A stretch of DNA of 63,624 bases, the filler included, from Collodictyon triciliatum (lineage: Eukaryota): the NCBI GenBank assembly GCA_043381765.1. It is 4 parts of 4 records of this genome, joined end to end, with 100 filler letters (N's around TTAATTAATTAA, not from the genome) between each part and the next. Parts side by side here need not be neighbours in the genome. Positions count along the whole stretch, not along the records: positions 31,957 to 47,747 come from JBHJMP010001634.1; positions 47,848 to 63,624 come from JBHJMP010001635.1; 2 more parts are not named here. One strand, 5' to 3'. The notes under the pieces are model-generated. The model made no database searches. It was not told the DNA's origin and saw only the letters and a program-made list of their open reading frames with translations. Positions 45,276-59,056 of the stretch are shown here, one piece after another (the stretch's first letter is position 1; every line of letters starts with the position of its first letter). The position numbers were made by a program, and so were the translations under genes.

Positions 45276-47747
45276 ATGCAGCGCCGTCCTTTGTGTTTAC
45301 ACGACTTTGGAGTCACTGTCGCTTTTCTGCTGTGCTTTGGCCTCCTCTTTGTGACTTCGGTTCCTTTGGATTCGGACGAGCGCTTCAAAGCAAACTTGGA
45401 CGATGATTCTGAGACTCGGCTTGGTCTGTTTCGGAGAGTCGAAGGAGTCAGCTTCGAAGAGGATGTTGGCCCGGCAGCGCTCGGGTTTTATGACCCTATT
45501 TTGAAGGAGGCCTTTTTCTTCACTGATGGGCAGCAGTCAAAGCCTAAAGGGTATCGTATGGACCCCAGGAACATCAGCGCAACGATATCGGGTTTCGAGG
45601 TGGAAGGAATCAAGCACATGATTACTGGAGTGGTGGACACAACTGGCATGATTCATATAGTCTCTCTCTCTTTTTTTATTTATTTATTTATTTTACTATG
45701 CATCTGAGTCGAAAAGAAACACTCAGCCAAGACATATTGTCAATCTTGTCGCATCTTTTTCTAGTTCTATGTATGTCACTTATCTAATTGTTTGTAAAGT
45801 TTATGTTTTTCCTTCTATTTTTTTTTTTGCTAATATGTTAATTATAAACTAATAGGAAATCAAACTCGCTTCATCATACTTGCAAATAATACTGGAAGCT
45901 ATAACACTGTCAGTAGTCCTCTTATATATTTATTAGACCAATATAATAACATACAAACATTACATATAAACATCAAATAATCGAGCCGAAAGAAGTACTC
46001 TCATTTAATTTATTCTTTATTCTCGATTCAAAAAATGGCATTTGATTTTTTGAAGACCGAATTCACATGGAAATGCATAAATATTATTTACATTTTCCTG
46101 TAATAATCATTTTCCTTGTTAAAATATGTACAGCTCTTTGCCATCGACTCGATGACGCTGAGTATTGTTGATCAGTTTGAGCTTCCCATTTCTTCCGAGG
46201 CAGCCCCGGCCATGGTTCTTGGATCCGACAAAGCTCTTTACATAGGGACGAAGTCACTTGTCACAGAATTCATTAAGATCCAAATATATCCAAGGTTTAC
46301 TCTGGAAACAGAATCAACTAGTAATGGTTCATATAATCCAAACTGCGGTTTTGTAGACAACGAGCTAGGCTTTGTGTACTTTGGAACTCTTTCTTCACCC
46401 ATATGCCAGGTTATTAGGGTACATAAATCAAACTGCACAATATCTGAGAAGCTCACTCTCTTGCCCTCGGAGACAAGATTGGCCACGGTTGCTTATGACA
46501 GCCGTGAGAAACGGGCTTTCTTTGGTGTTGGAAGTCGTGATGGCCGAGTGGTTGTTGTTGATATACGCACGTTTCGTCGTTTGGATAGCATCGTGTTTAG
46601 TGTTGCTCCACAAAATATATACACAAGCTACATAGATTTGAAGTGGAAATATGCTTACTTTGGGTAAAAGAAAACAAAAGACAAGAAAACAAGAAAACTA
46701 AAACTAAAAAATAAAAATAAACACAATAAAGAAACAAAAAAAAAGAAATTGTAAGCACTATTTTATGATTATTTCATGAAATCACAATTTTTTTTCATTT
46801 TTGCATATTTATCACATATAGCACGCGGACAGCCCCAGGGGTGATATTCCGGGTTAATGTTGACACTTTTCAATCAGATAGTAGTGATATGGTTGTCTTC
46901 CCAAATAAAGAAGATGCTGTAAATACCGTTGCTTTTGTACCCGAGTACGAACTCGCAATTTGGGGCTGTAGTGGATTCGAAAGTCTAGACCCGATATCGA
47001 TTCCATTTGCCGTTATAGTTTCCACAACTTCGCCCAAGATTGATGGTCTGATTTAGTACAATTACATTATCTTGCATTGATTACACGCCACTTATTATTA
47101 TTTTTGTAAAAAAAATTTATTTCATGGGTGTAAATGCGATGAATTGAATAACTAATATAGTGTGCAATTTGTGTACCAAATTTATTACACCTTCTTAACC
47201 CTATCTTGTCTCCTTCATCACATTATTATGCAAATCTTAGTGTCTCCCATCACGCCAACGCCGGGGCAACAAGACGACAAAGGTGATGATGGCGATTCTG
47301 ATGCTGCCGTACCAGTTCCCATATTCGTGGCTGCGTTATTCTTATCTGTCGGTGCCGTGGCAATCGGATCCATTATATACTATCGTAGAAAAGTATCTCG
47401 TTCGAGACTCTTGCAGGATATGGATTCAGGTTATTGCCATGATTTACATTGTTTTATTTATTCTTATCTCCCTCTTTTTCCCTTTTAAATATCTATTAAA
47501 TTTCAGGCCAAATTGTAATAGAAGATACATTCAAGAAATATCGGTTAATGGGAAATTGCTGACTTAGATTCATCCTCTGGACCCAGTCTTCCGGTTGATT
47601 CGAGTATAAAGAAGATAGACTTTAATGAAATTCAATTGGGTACTTGCATCGGTGTGGGGGGAATGGGGGAAGTGTACAGAGGTGTTTGGAACGGGACTGA
47701 AATAGCTGTGAAGAAACTTCACATGTCTTATCAAAGCTTGAATAACA
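45276..47747 (+). CDS. Receptor-type protein kinase (TKL-like) with beta-propeller-like ectodomain; kinase truncated at scaffold end
   Basis: Signal-like N-terminus. ~45-aa repeats (FVYFGT, RAFFGV, YAYFGTRTAPGVIFRV). TM VPIFVAALFLSVGAVAIGSIIYY followed by RRK. Kinase start IDFNEIQLGTCIGVGGMGEVYRGVWNGTEIAVKKL. Confidence 0.88.
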
Positions 47748-47847
47748 NNNNNNNNNNNNNNNNNNNNNNNNNNNNNNNNNNNNNNNNNNNNTTAATTAAT
47801 TAANNNNNNNNNNNNNNNNNNNNNNNNNNNNNNNNNNNNNNNNNNNN
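47748..47847. other. Artificial scaffold linker
   Basis: N44-TTAATTAATTAA-N44. Confidence 0.97.
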
Positions 47848-48060
47848 TTTTTGTTTTTGTTTTTGTTTTTGTTTTTGTTTTTGTTTTTGTTTTTGTTTTT
47901 GTTTTTGTTTTTGTTTTTGTTTTTGTTTTTGTTTTTGTTTTCTTTTGTTTTTGTTTTTGTTTTTGTTTTTGTTTTTGTTTTTGTTTTTGTTGTATTTTGC
48001 CATTTTGTTGTTTTGTTTTTGTTTTTGTTGTTTTTTGCCATTTTGTTGTTTTGTTTTTTG
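47848..48060 (+). repeat. (TTTTTG)n microsatellite at scaffold start
   Basis: Direct inspection. Confidence 0.95.
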
Positions 48061-49560
48061 CTATTATCATATATTCAACGCTAAAATCATCTGAAGGAAG
48101 AATACAAAAGTACCAAAGCAAAAACAGAATTGAAGCTGTATATATCAAACTGATTTCATTGAATATCTCCACTTTGGAAATGTTCAATCCGTCTCGGAAT
48201 GAAGTTACACGAATCAACGAAGAATCCTATATCTATTTATGGAATTTATAATAATATACCGTTTATCAGATATATCTCTCATATTGGATTCGTGAAATTA
48301 TATTATTACATGCCGTGTAATATGCATTTACATATAAGTCTCCAACAAAGGACAAACTGAAAGTGTGAGAGTGTGATGACGACTGTAGCACTTGGTTCCA
48401 AAGTGCAGGTTGCAGCTGATAAAAAAACGAAAAACCAGAACTAAAGGTTTAGATGCAGAGAAGATTGGAGAGCATCAGCCGAACTCGTGATGCTTTGCAA
48501 TTGGCACAAGGAATCGGACAGCTGTTGGTTATGTGGGCACACTCAGCTCAAAGATGAAGAAAAAATGATTTAAGTGAAACTTGCAAAGTCCAGGTGATTG
48601 GGAAGAACGCGAAGATACTCTGCGAATCTTTCTAATTGTGCTTCGGTATATTACATGGTTGTTGCGGTAGTTATTTAATGCAATCCAATGTTCCTCTGTG
48701 GAATCCTCCTTAAGTAGACAAAAGAAGAAAGAAGCTACGCAGAATAAGCAAGAGAAGACAGTCGATGGACTCTGCTTGAATCAGCCCTTCGAATATTATG
48801 CCGAAACATGCGTCATTCTTTCTTGAATTACTGAGTACACTACAAATACGGTGCTGATGGCTGCCAGTGGCAGTGAAGTGTGAATTTTTTAGATGACACA
48901 CATAACGATACAAAAACGAGTCAATATGCTTTCTTGCTCTTGTCGCAGTTTCTTTTGATACACAAACGGCTTTTATATTCCAGAATGAGCCGCTTGATCC
49001 TTCTCGGTGGAATAACTTTTCTCTGATTTTTTCCTTCTCTATTTTTCTTTTCCCTTTCCTTTCCACTCATTTCCTTTCCTTACCTTTTTTTTTTCTTTCT
49101 GTTTTTCTTTTCTCTCCAAACTCCTCACTGCGATCTTAAACTTGAGACATTTGAGCCTTAAGTGTCGAGTATCTGGCCCGCCATACTTTCAACCACACTC
49201 TGTAATGTTTTCCGCTCAAACGTCAAATATATAGTTGGGCATGGCTGACAAAAGATTGGATACTTAAACTTGATATAAAAGAAGGTCTGCTGTATAATGG
49301 AAGTCTTGGCGATATTCACTCACCCATGAAACAATCATAATAATGAAAATCATGTAGATGACTAGTTCTTCTCGATCGCTCGGGATTCTGCTGATCACTT
49401 TGGCGCTCTGCACTTCGAAGGTTAGAAGCATATTTTTTCCCCTTCTTGTATTTTTTTGCCTTTAAGGCCGATTTTGTCTTAATTAACGAGCCACGAGTTC
49501 TTATGTTTTGTTCCGTTTCGTTAATTATTACGCAGGAACAAACAAACAAACAAACAAACA

Positions 49561-49657
<97 letters not shown>

Positions 49658-49757
49658 TCACGTGACAGCCAGCTTCCAAAAAAAACCCTGTCTAATAAAT
49701 GTAGGCGTCGTCGGAAGAAACTAGTGCCCCCACTCTAGACTCTATTTTTCCTGGGAG

Positions 49758-52592
49758 ATGCTCATTTCTGCTGTATCAAGTATATTTCAATTGTAAACCA
49801 CGTCCATACTAAAATGGTTTTGATATCTTGAAACTGTTTTCAGCACGAGCATTTTTTCGCTTTGTTCGCTCTACTTTTATTCGCTCTACTTTTATTCGCC
49901 CCATCAAAACTGGATATACTTTTAGTATGCCACACAAGTTCCTTGCATGGATTCATTTGCTGAATTGATATCACTTCTGAGTGGATATCCAACTGCAACC
50001 CCTGCCACTATTTGTCAAGGTCCATGCTTGGCCCAGGTTTGCGAGAAAAGAAAAAGGATTACCTCATAAATTATCATATGGATTAGTTATTGTATTTCAA
50101 GATGCCTTAGATCAACTTTGGTCAAGACGATTATAAACAAATATTATTGCATTTTTATTTGAAAAATTTCCATAACAATCAGGTCCATGAAGTTCTCGCC
50201 TGCTCATCAGAATACTATGACACGATGGACAACGCACTTGTGTCCCGGTTGGAAATATTTCGTCAAATGCTTTGTGTCCAAGATGCGTCGAGTAACTACT
50301 GCCTCCTCCACACAAACAAACTTCGAGCGGTCTCTGCTGGGGCCTTCCCAACGACAAATGTTTGGCTTATTCACTCATCACTTTAAACTGGAAGAAATTT
50401 TTTATTTTCCCCTTTCAATTTGTGCAAGATAGCGGGGAAGTAGGGGAAAATTAAAATAATATTGATTATAATCACTTTTTGTTGGTAGACTCATAATTAT
50501 ATGATTATACAATGTGGGGTCTGTTTATGAACTCATCTTTAGTAAAGTATATTTCCAAAAAAAATTCCCCTGCTATAATATGAATATATTTCTCCAAAAC
50601 CTCTAACTTTCTGTTCAAAATAAATCCAGTCAGAGTTTGACGGAGTTTGCAATGAATGCTATTACAAGATTCACAGTGTTATGAGCCAAGTAAATGGGGC
50701 ATATCCCACCCCAGAATTATCAAGCCAAGTGCAAAATTTGGCAACGCTGTGCACAAAGGTCTCGCACGTTTAATGCCTTTTATTCCCTACTAATCCAACC
50801 ATCTAGCCAGCCTTCGGTTGATGGATTTCCTACTTTACTCCTTTTTCTGTATGAAGTAATTTTAATCAAACAAAATCTGAAAAGTGAAAACCTCTAGATT
50901 TTTATTCCTGCCGCAGTATACTGCTTACAGTTGTTCCCTCCATCAAGTTCCAGCATGAGCTTTATGGATATTCTTCAAAATCTGAACAGCATATGCCAAA
51001 CAAGGTTCCCAGAATTCTACAGTTCATATATGATCAAATTGCAATTTTACCATCTAAGATGCGTCTATATGATGACTATAGAAAAGTTAATATTTGCTTA
51101 TAAATAGTATTGCGGTTGGCTGTGTTTTGTCTTAAATTTTCATATAATAGCTGCCTCAATAAGATATATGCAACGCAACTGTTAAACAGCACACTGTCGG
51201 CTTATGAAGTACACTAAACTAATACTTCACCAATCCTTATCTCATCTGTGTTGCTACCAACATGGAATTCCCTAGTTATTATTGAATAATTTATTAGGTT
51301 GCCCAGAAGGAGACGGTTATGTCGACCTTGTGTCTGAAAAATTATCCAAAGGCAACATATTGTGCAAGTGACTTCAGCTCTTTGTTTGTACCTGGGGGAT
51401 ACACCGACCGATGTGGGGCAAACTTAGGAATGGTAATCCTCTCACTCACCGCTGTTTAATCTCGTATATTTCAAAAAAAAAGAAAGAAAACTGGGTATCC
51501 ATTCATTTTCCTTCTGGAGGGGAGAATTTTCGCCAAACGAAAAGGATATTTGTGTGGTTATTATCATATTATCCTTTATTATTTTTATTATATTTTTATT
51601 TTTTAAAAATATTATACTGGACTCCCAGGGCTGCTATCACCCGCTGTGCAACCAAGAGCTGACAGAGTGGTACACCAATATCGGATGCTGCTACTATCCC
51701 ATGGCCACGTTTTTCGGCCAGGCAAACTCTACTCTGAACTTTTACCCACTGCTAAGCACATGCTCGTTTATGCCTGCGCTGTTGCAAGTGCCCGGATGCT
51801 CGATTTACAATGGGACGAATTTGTCTATAGACAATCTTGTTGTAAGTCCCACACACGAGAAAAAGAAAGAAAAAGACGATGATTGCATACATCCCATCGA
51901 GTATATATATGACGAAGAAAAAAGAAAATGACTTTATATGTCTTACCATCAGGGCGAGCTTGTTTATAGCCGCAGGATTTTTCTTGTGTGCGGTCTCCCT
52001 TCTCTTATCTGCTTATAATCGAAGCGATACATATAGCTGAATGTGAGCGTCCCACACGGATACTCATCCACGACGTTCGGGCAAGAGTACTTTATGCGCG
52101 ATATCGCCTTGAACTTTGGAATATTGCCGAGTCAAGTTGAAATCAAACAGACGACTCCATCATCAGACACGCCGTCCACTTCGTCCACTTTTGTCTTTTC
52201 AATCCACGTAAGTAACTTTCAAGGATTATCTCCTGTATGCTGAAGATACTTTGTATTCTTACTTGTAGACAATCAAAGAACGTGCACAGGAAAAAAAGAA
52301 TGGATAGAAGGAGGAGGCTTTATTTTGTAAACGAGTGCCCTTTTGATTGTGATGTTGTCTTGGAGACTCAAAGAAGAATTCAACGTGGTAATAGGTACGA
52401 GACGAAGCCCAGAAGTTGGACGTCAGCTTGCAACTGAATGGATTATACCCAAACAAAATCGTTCTTCCGCGCACATATTCAAATTATAACCCAACCATCA
52501 CAAAGTCAAACGACTCTGCGGCTCTGTCGTTGTCTCACTCTGTGTGCCTGATTCTCGCATCAAGCATCCTTGTTTCTTCTCTCTTCCTCTGA
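49758..52592 (+). CDS. Cysteine-rich cell-surface protein with GPI-anchor-like C-terminus (start uncertain)
   Basis: Exons with ICQGPCLAQ, LCVQDASSNYCL, LCLKNYPKATYC, CNQELTEWYTNIGCC. Ends SNDSAALSLSHSVCLILASSILVSSLFL* (TGA 52590-52592). Confidence 0.65.
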
Positions 52593-52799
52593 GCGACTCT
52601 TTAATACAACACCTCCGAAGAAACATAACCCAGATAAATAAATACAAAAAATATATATTATGGAGCACAACATATAAAACATGTCACAGCATTTTTTTTT
52701 TCCCTTTCACTCCACTTTTTTTTTTTTTTACTTTTGATTTTTAAAGTTTTTGTCGATGAGTGTCTGCGCTCAGAAAGACGCGGGGGAATGGTGCCGAGC

Positions 52800-55700
52800 T
52801 TAAATCGTCGATGTTGCTGGTTGGCTGAGTCCCTTCATGGATTCGACCCATGTGGTGGGCGTCACAACGTGTGTGGAACCTAAATGGCATCACAAACTTT
52901 ACGTTGATGGATGTGATTTGAGGAGATGAATATCAATCATCGACAAACCAATTAAAACTTCGCGCTGGATGTCTCTTGTGACTTCGTACGCGGCACGCAT
53001 CTCAGAGTGGCACATACCGCCTGTTCATTTTGGGGGGGTATAGAGTTTACTTTTGTGCTACTTCAGGCGATTCATAGAGTCATGATGTGGGAATGGATAA
53101 TTCAACATGGTGTTGGTGCGTGATGTACAGACCTATGATAAAGACAATAACACGACCACCAGAAGTAGGGACCTCGTCTTCAGGGCGCTCCGGCTGGTAG
53201 AGAGATGTTTACAAGGATTCGGTTTATTATGGATGTGTGTTTGGAATTATTTCAACATAATAATTTTATTACGAATCTACATGATATTGAACCAGAAGAT
53301 ATTCTGCTGCCATACCTGCTTTTGTGTTGATGTCCACTTGGAGATGGATTTTCTATTATTTACATAGTGATTGTAAGAACATAGAGCCCGATTTGTTTCT
53401 CTGGTTGTTATGAATGTTATTCACAGATTTATGCTTTTTTATGTATTAGATGAATCAAACCCGCCAGCAGCACCGCTGCGCGCCGAGACTCCGCGGTCAA
53501 TCGCTGGTGCAGATGAACCAGAGGAGCCAGAAACAGTTCCCTGTTTTGTATTCGTATACATGTACGGTTATTTCATAAAGATTAAAAAAAAAAAAAATAA
53601 TCGTAGAGGAATGTAAAAATATTTACCGGAACGAAAGGATAAGCCGAATCGCTGAGGTCTCCCTTGATCAAAGACTGTGTGATGGTGAAAAACAAGAAAT
53701 TGATGAATTGAAAATTTCAAAAAGAGACATGCGGTCCTAGCCAACTTGATACGATAGAGATTGGATATGGCTGTTACATCCGATAAAGTATCACGAAGAC
53801 GACGAAATTTATATACAGTGAATGGGGAAAAAAATATGTTCTGAGCAATATCATATATCCTTCGAGATAAACCAGGCCAATAATAAAACCAGAGCGAGAA
53901 AGAAACCTCCAGAACGGATTTCAAAGTGGGGACATATCGTGACAGCTCAAAGGGGATGTCACCAGCCGGGCGCTTCTGGGAGGGGCTAATTATGCAGGAA
54001 TGAATACTAGAATTAAACAACAGAAGACAAAAAGACCAAAAGACAAAAAGACCAAAAGACAAAAAGACCAAAAGACCAAAAGACCAAAAGACAAAAAGAC
54101 CAAAAAGACCAAAAAGACCAAAAAGACCAAAAAGACCAAAAGACCAAAAGACAAAAAGACAAAAAGACAAAAAGACAAAAAAGACAAAAAGACCAAAAAG
54201 ACCAAAAAGACCAAAAAGACCAAAAAGACCAAAAAAAAAAAAACCCAGCCATATATGAGGTAATATACACATATACTTACCCTGCCTTAGATTTCTTGGA
54301 TGTAGTCTGGCGGTGAATTTGAATCGAGGAGTTTGATAAAGATAAGCTTACATAATTCCGAAACTATTCATGTAGATGGTGATGCACTTCATAAATGAAA
54401 CATATGTATACCTTGACGACATTAACGCCCAGACGAGACAAGCTGGTGATAGAATTTTCGCCTTGAGGGGAAATTTTGGCGCTCTGAACAGAAAAAATTT
54501 GTTAAGATAATATAACAAAACATACAAAAAGCATAAAACGTGTTCGAATTCACTTAAATATGGCGTTAGAACGCACCTGGATGAGCAATCGTCGGTCGGC
54601 ATCTTTGATACCATCTTGAGATATGATGAGCAGCATCAGAAGGCGAATTTTGTCTACTTCGCTATAAAACATTGAGTATTACATTTGCGTTAACCGAACA
54701 GTCAAATAAGATGATTTTGGATATTCGAGGTAGATGTGGCAAATGATATATCCGAGTTCCAATGAAAGGAAGAGGGGAAAGAATATGAAGATAATATTAC
54801 TATTATTAATAGTTGAAAAAAAAAAAAGAAGCTATACTTCATTTGTTCCAAGCCAAGGACATTTATCAGTGACTGCACAACATTCTTGACTGGAGCTCCA
54901 CTTGATGTTTCCCCAGTAGCCATGTCCTTTTACCAAATTTCAAGAGACAACCAACGAGATGTAGTCACCGAATGAAGCATTTCCACAATATGTATGTGTA
55001 TGTGTATGTATTGTATATGTATATTTGTATGTATATTTTTGAGATTTAAGGAACATATATAGATTCTCACCTGTTCCAGCCCAGCAACAGCATTTAAACT
55101 CTTCTTGCGGAACTGGTCCATACATTGGTCGGTCATGTTCAAGTGGAGGGAGTACTGATTATATTATTAATAGTTGAATTAATGGAAGAAAAAAACATAG
55201 GTACATATGGATTACTCGCATGTGAACCTTTATTCATATTTGAATTAGGATATGTATGCATACGCGGTTCATCATTTCTTGGTACTGTGGCATTCCACGA
55301 ATAGCCTCGCTCATCGCACGAATTCCTTGAATCTTCAAGAACGAAGATAGAATTCATAGTTTTAATCGTGACTATTCCTCATGGGAATCATTAAATTGCT
55401 TATATTGAATTATTTTATGTGAGAACGAAACAATTAGATATAATTTAACATTGAGGTCATATAAATTTTGTAGAAATCTATACCCCAGCTTCTCCGTCTC
55501 TCATATGGATGGCTTTGTTCGAAGCAACGAATGTATTGAAGTTATCAACAACATACTAATGTAAAATAGGCAATTTTGTATCATTTTGCGAACATAGGTA
55601 TAGTATCCAACCAAGGCTAATTTGAATGCAACTAGTTTGGGAAAATATATACCTTAATTGCATCAGAGATATGACGATGACGTAAAGTTGACCAGAGAGG

Positions 55701-58116
55701 GTCGTTTTGTTCCCCAAGAATCACTTCTTTGGTTTGCTTCACCCCGTGATTATTTTCAAAAGAGTATCTTGTGATTTAAGATAACGATTGTAAAGAATAA
55801 AATTAGCATTAATTGAAACTGTAGATTCATTAAAAAATCAAAGCAAGGTTAAAAAAAAATTAATAAATTGATAAATATGAGAGCGAACACTCATAACAAC
55901 AAACACAGTACAATAAAATTGAGAAACATGATTAAATATGTAAGTAAAGCATAGAAAAATGTAGAACTTGAACTCATGAGCATCAGTATGAATAATTACT
56001 TGTAGACATCTTTTTCAACTGGAAGCAAATCGTAAATCATCGCCTGGTAGGTAAACTCATGAAGAACGGGAGAGACCACGTCCTAAAGACATCAATAAGA
56101 TGATAAAGTAATCATCATCGATTTTTAAATTAAAAAACTATTCCAGACGGGGGAAAAAAAAAGAGGAAAAACAGATAACTTTCACACAATACACTTTTTT
56201 TTGAATATTTGGCAGAGTATTATTGGAGGAAAGTGAACTCTGAAAAATTACGTATGAGCGATCAAGAATCAAAATGGTAGCTTGGTCGCGGTCAGAGGGT
56301 GTCTTGTATGCAGCGGGGAGAGATTTAATGCGGTCACCAAGTCTCGTGGCCAGGCTGATTCATAGAAGGGACACAAAAAGTAATCGGAATGGAAAGATTA
56401 GTTGACAGTTAAATTCCATGGTATAGAATTATAATTGTGTGAATAAGGATGCACACTTTATTATGAATGTATGTCTATGTGGTGGTAGAAAAAATAGGAT
56501 TCAAAAGATACGCAGCAGCAGCCTTGGCACTTGATGTAGATGACCCGGCACTGTAACGAATGCGTGGATTATTCCCAAGCTCGTTCAGAGAGAATAGGAG
56601 GGTGATGATGTCTTGAACAATTTGGTTCAGCAAGACCTCTTTCCCAGTCTGACCTTCACCATATATGATCTGAAGACTGTACAATAATAATAATGAGGAT
56701 GAGAACAGCTTCAAAAAAATTATACAGGGAACAGGAATCTGATATTTGAGATTAGAGGGAAAAAAGAAACAAAAAGAAACAAAAAGAAACAAAAAGAAAC
56801 ATGATTATTGATGATTATCGAGCGAAGATAATGAAACAGCACATTGACGCTAGGGTTGTTTGGAAAATAGCAAATAAGAATACCTTTCAGGACGATCGAG
56901 AATGAAGGACTGAGATTCTTGGGCTACACAGATTAACCATTTTATTTATTCGTTTTAACTCGTGAAACTGGACAACCTCATTTTGGATAGTGTGAAATAT
57001 CAAGATGATGGACGTGGGCTCATCATGAAACGGTACCGAGGAACTGAACATTGAACTCCTTGAATGATCTGACAAACTGGCTGACAGATGAGCTTTTAAT
57101 CTTGTCAAAAAACTCGGTAGGAACAGCTATGTAGAGTGAGAAAGTAGAGTTGAAAAGAATGCATGTAAAAAGTGAGTTTTATATTAAGATATCATATATT
57201 TATAAATGCAGTATCATATATTTGGTGGAATACATCCATTCAAAATTATTTGGCTATTTATGCAGGATCTATGCCATGAAAGCAAGCGTGCCTGATGTGA
57301 AGACCAGATGGACACCAGCATATTGGGGATTCTTCGGGTCCTTAAAATCATCAAGAAGCGTCTTGATTGAGTCCGGAGATGGCGTAATGAAATAGATTGC
57401 CTCCAGATTGCGGATCGGCTGACGTCGAACGTCAATTGGCTCGACCACTTAGAATTTAGATACATAGGAAAAGGGATAAAGATTTAGGTCAATCGAGCAA
57501 TATAGTATAAACAAACAGACAAATAGACAAGAAGAATGATAAAAAAAAAAAAAAAAAAGAGCGTATAGCAATGTTGCAATACATTTCAAGAATTATATAC
57601 ATATCCCATCATCAAGACATAGACGCGCATACATGAATGTACGAAATTGGCATGAACACGATAATGAACAAGCAAAAGTTTGACAAAATAAACTCACGAG
57701 TAATGCCGCATTCCATAATGTCGTACATTCTGCAGCAAGAGGAGATGATTCGTGTGCTATGTTTGTCCATGACGAGGACTTTCCAATCACCCTCACGGAT
57801 GAGCGACTTTAGCAGATCCATAAATCCTATATTCACAGGTTCAGCCATATCGAGCGTCTGATCAGTACATGAGCTGTTGAATATTTATACGAATATGGAG
57901 ACCAAATAAACAAAGAACGTTTAGATAACACACACCAAACAACGAATATATTATAAAAAAAGAGAAAATTAAATGTATATGATATTCGCTAAAAATAATA
58001 GGAAGTGTATATAAAGAGGCATTTTCACTAGATCCCACGGCTTACTTTCACAAAAGGTTAATACATGCTTGTGTGTGAAACTTACGCTGGCGGACAACCT
58101 TGACAAGCGGGATCAT
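52800..58116 (-). CDS. SEC1: Sec1/Munc18 (syntaxin-binding protein) family SM protein
   Basis: [32 protein letters not shown], RQP...[93 protein letters not shown]. Confidence 0.95.
54025..54232 (+). repeat. (AAAAGAC/AAAAGACC)n intronic minisatellite
   Basis: Direct inspection; lies within a Sec1 intron. Confidence 0.92.
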
Positions 58117-58798
58117 TCTGTGGCCAAGTGGTCAGGTGTGGATATCCGAGTTGATCTGAGAACAGTTCAGAATAAAAGAGCGGGAAAAAACGACACGTAA
58201 GAGAATATGTGTGGGGCCGTGGAGATGCTTTCTATGATCGATCGAGGCAAGTGCAATTTAGCAGCATCGGCGTGATTTTGTCTCGCCTTCTTTCATCTTT
58301 GCTATCATATTGGCATGCTGGGATTTGTGTTTTGTTTGCAGGGAGAGGTCGAGCGATTAAGTCAGAGGTTTATATTGTTTGCTTTCTTTGTTCTTACTTT
58401 CTCTACTGTCTATGTGATATTTTTCTTATTTTTTTTTTGTTTTGTTTTATGCCTGCGAAGGGAATGAGATTTAGTCTATGATCGCCTGTCTGCGCAATTC
58501 CTCGCACGGTCGCAATGGTTCAGGTGATGTTATCAATCGATTGTAATCATATACTGAACTCTGATATTACAGCATATCAATAATATTTTAATAATATAAT
58601 AATTATTATATTATTATGGTGATCTTAAATGACATAATATATAAGAATATTATATTATATAATAATACCCAGATATATAAATTCAGCCCACAAAGTTGGA
58701 ATAGTACTGTACTATTTACAAATGCACCCTTTTCCATATCTCGCGATCTGCCACGAATGTCCACGTGCACGAACGACAACTGCCAATAGGGTTTATGG

Positions 58799-58880
58799 CA
58801 CAAACACAAACACAAACACAAACACAAACACAAACACAAACACAAACACAAACATAAACATAAACATAAACATAAACATA
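58799..58880 (+). repeat. (ACAAAC)n/(ATAAAC)n microsatellite
   Basis: Direct inspection; intergenic between the divergent Sec1 and oxygenase genes. Confidence 0.92.
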
Positions 58881-59056
58881 TATACAAGCACATACACAAG
58901 CATAAAAACAAAAGACAAAAAACGTCCGTCGGTTTTGGCATGACTGAAAACACTGGCATTTTGCATTTTCCTGCGATCGAAATATACCAATTAAATTTGA
59001 ATGTGAAAATAAAAAAAATACAGAAAACAAGGCAGCCTTTTCCTCCAAAAAAAGCT

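Noticed and set aside
45765-45770. 6-nt candidate micro-exon tag|TTCTAT|gtatgt in the kinase intron
   Set aside because: Inclusion creates a TGA or breaks the downstream frame in the combinations tried.
48110-49410. Exon-like segments on the minus strand
   Set aside because: Two segments join in frame but the rest could not be phased and no domain is recognisable; a gene may exist but is unsupported.
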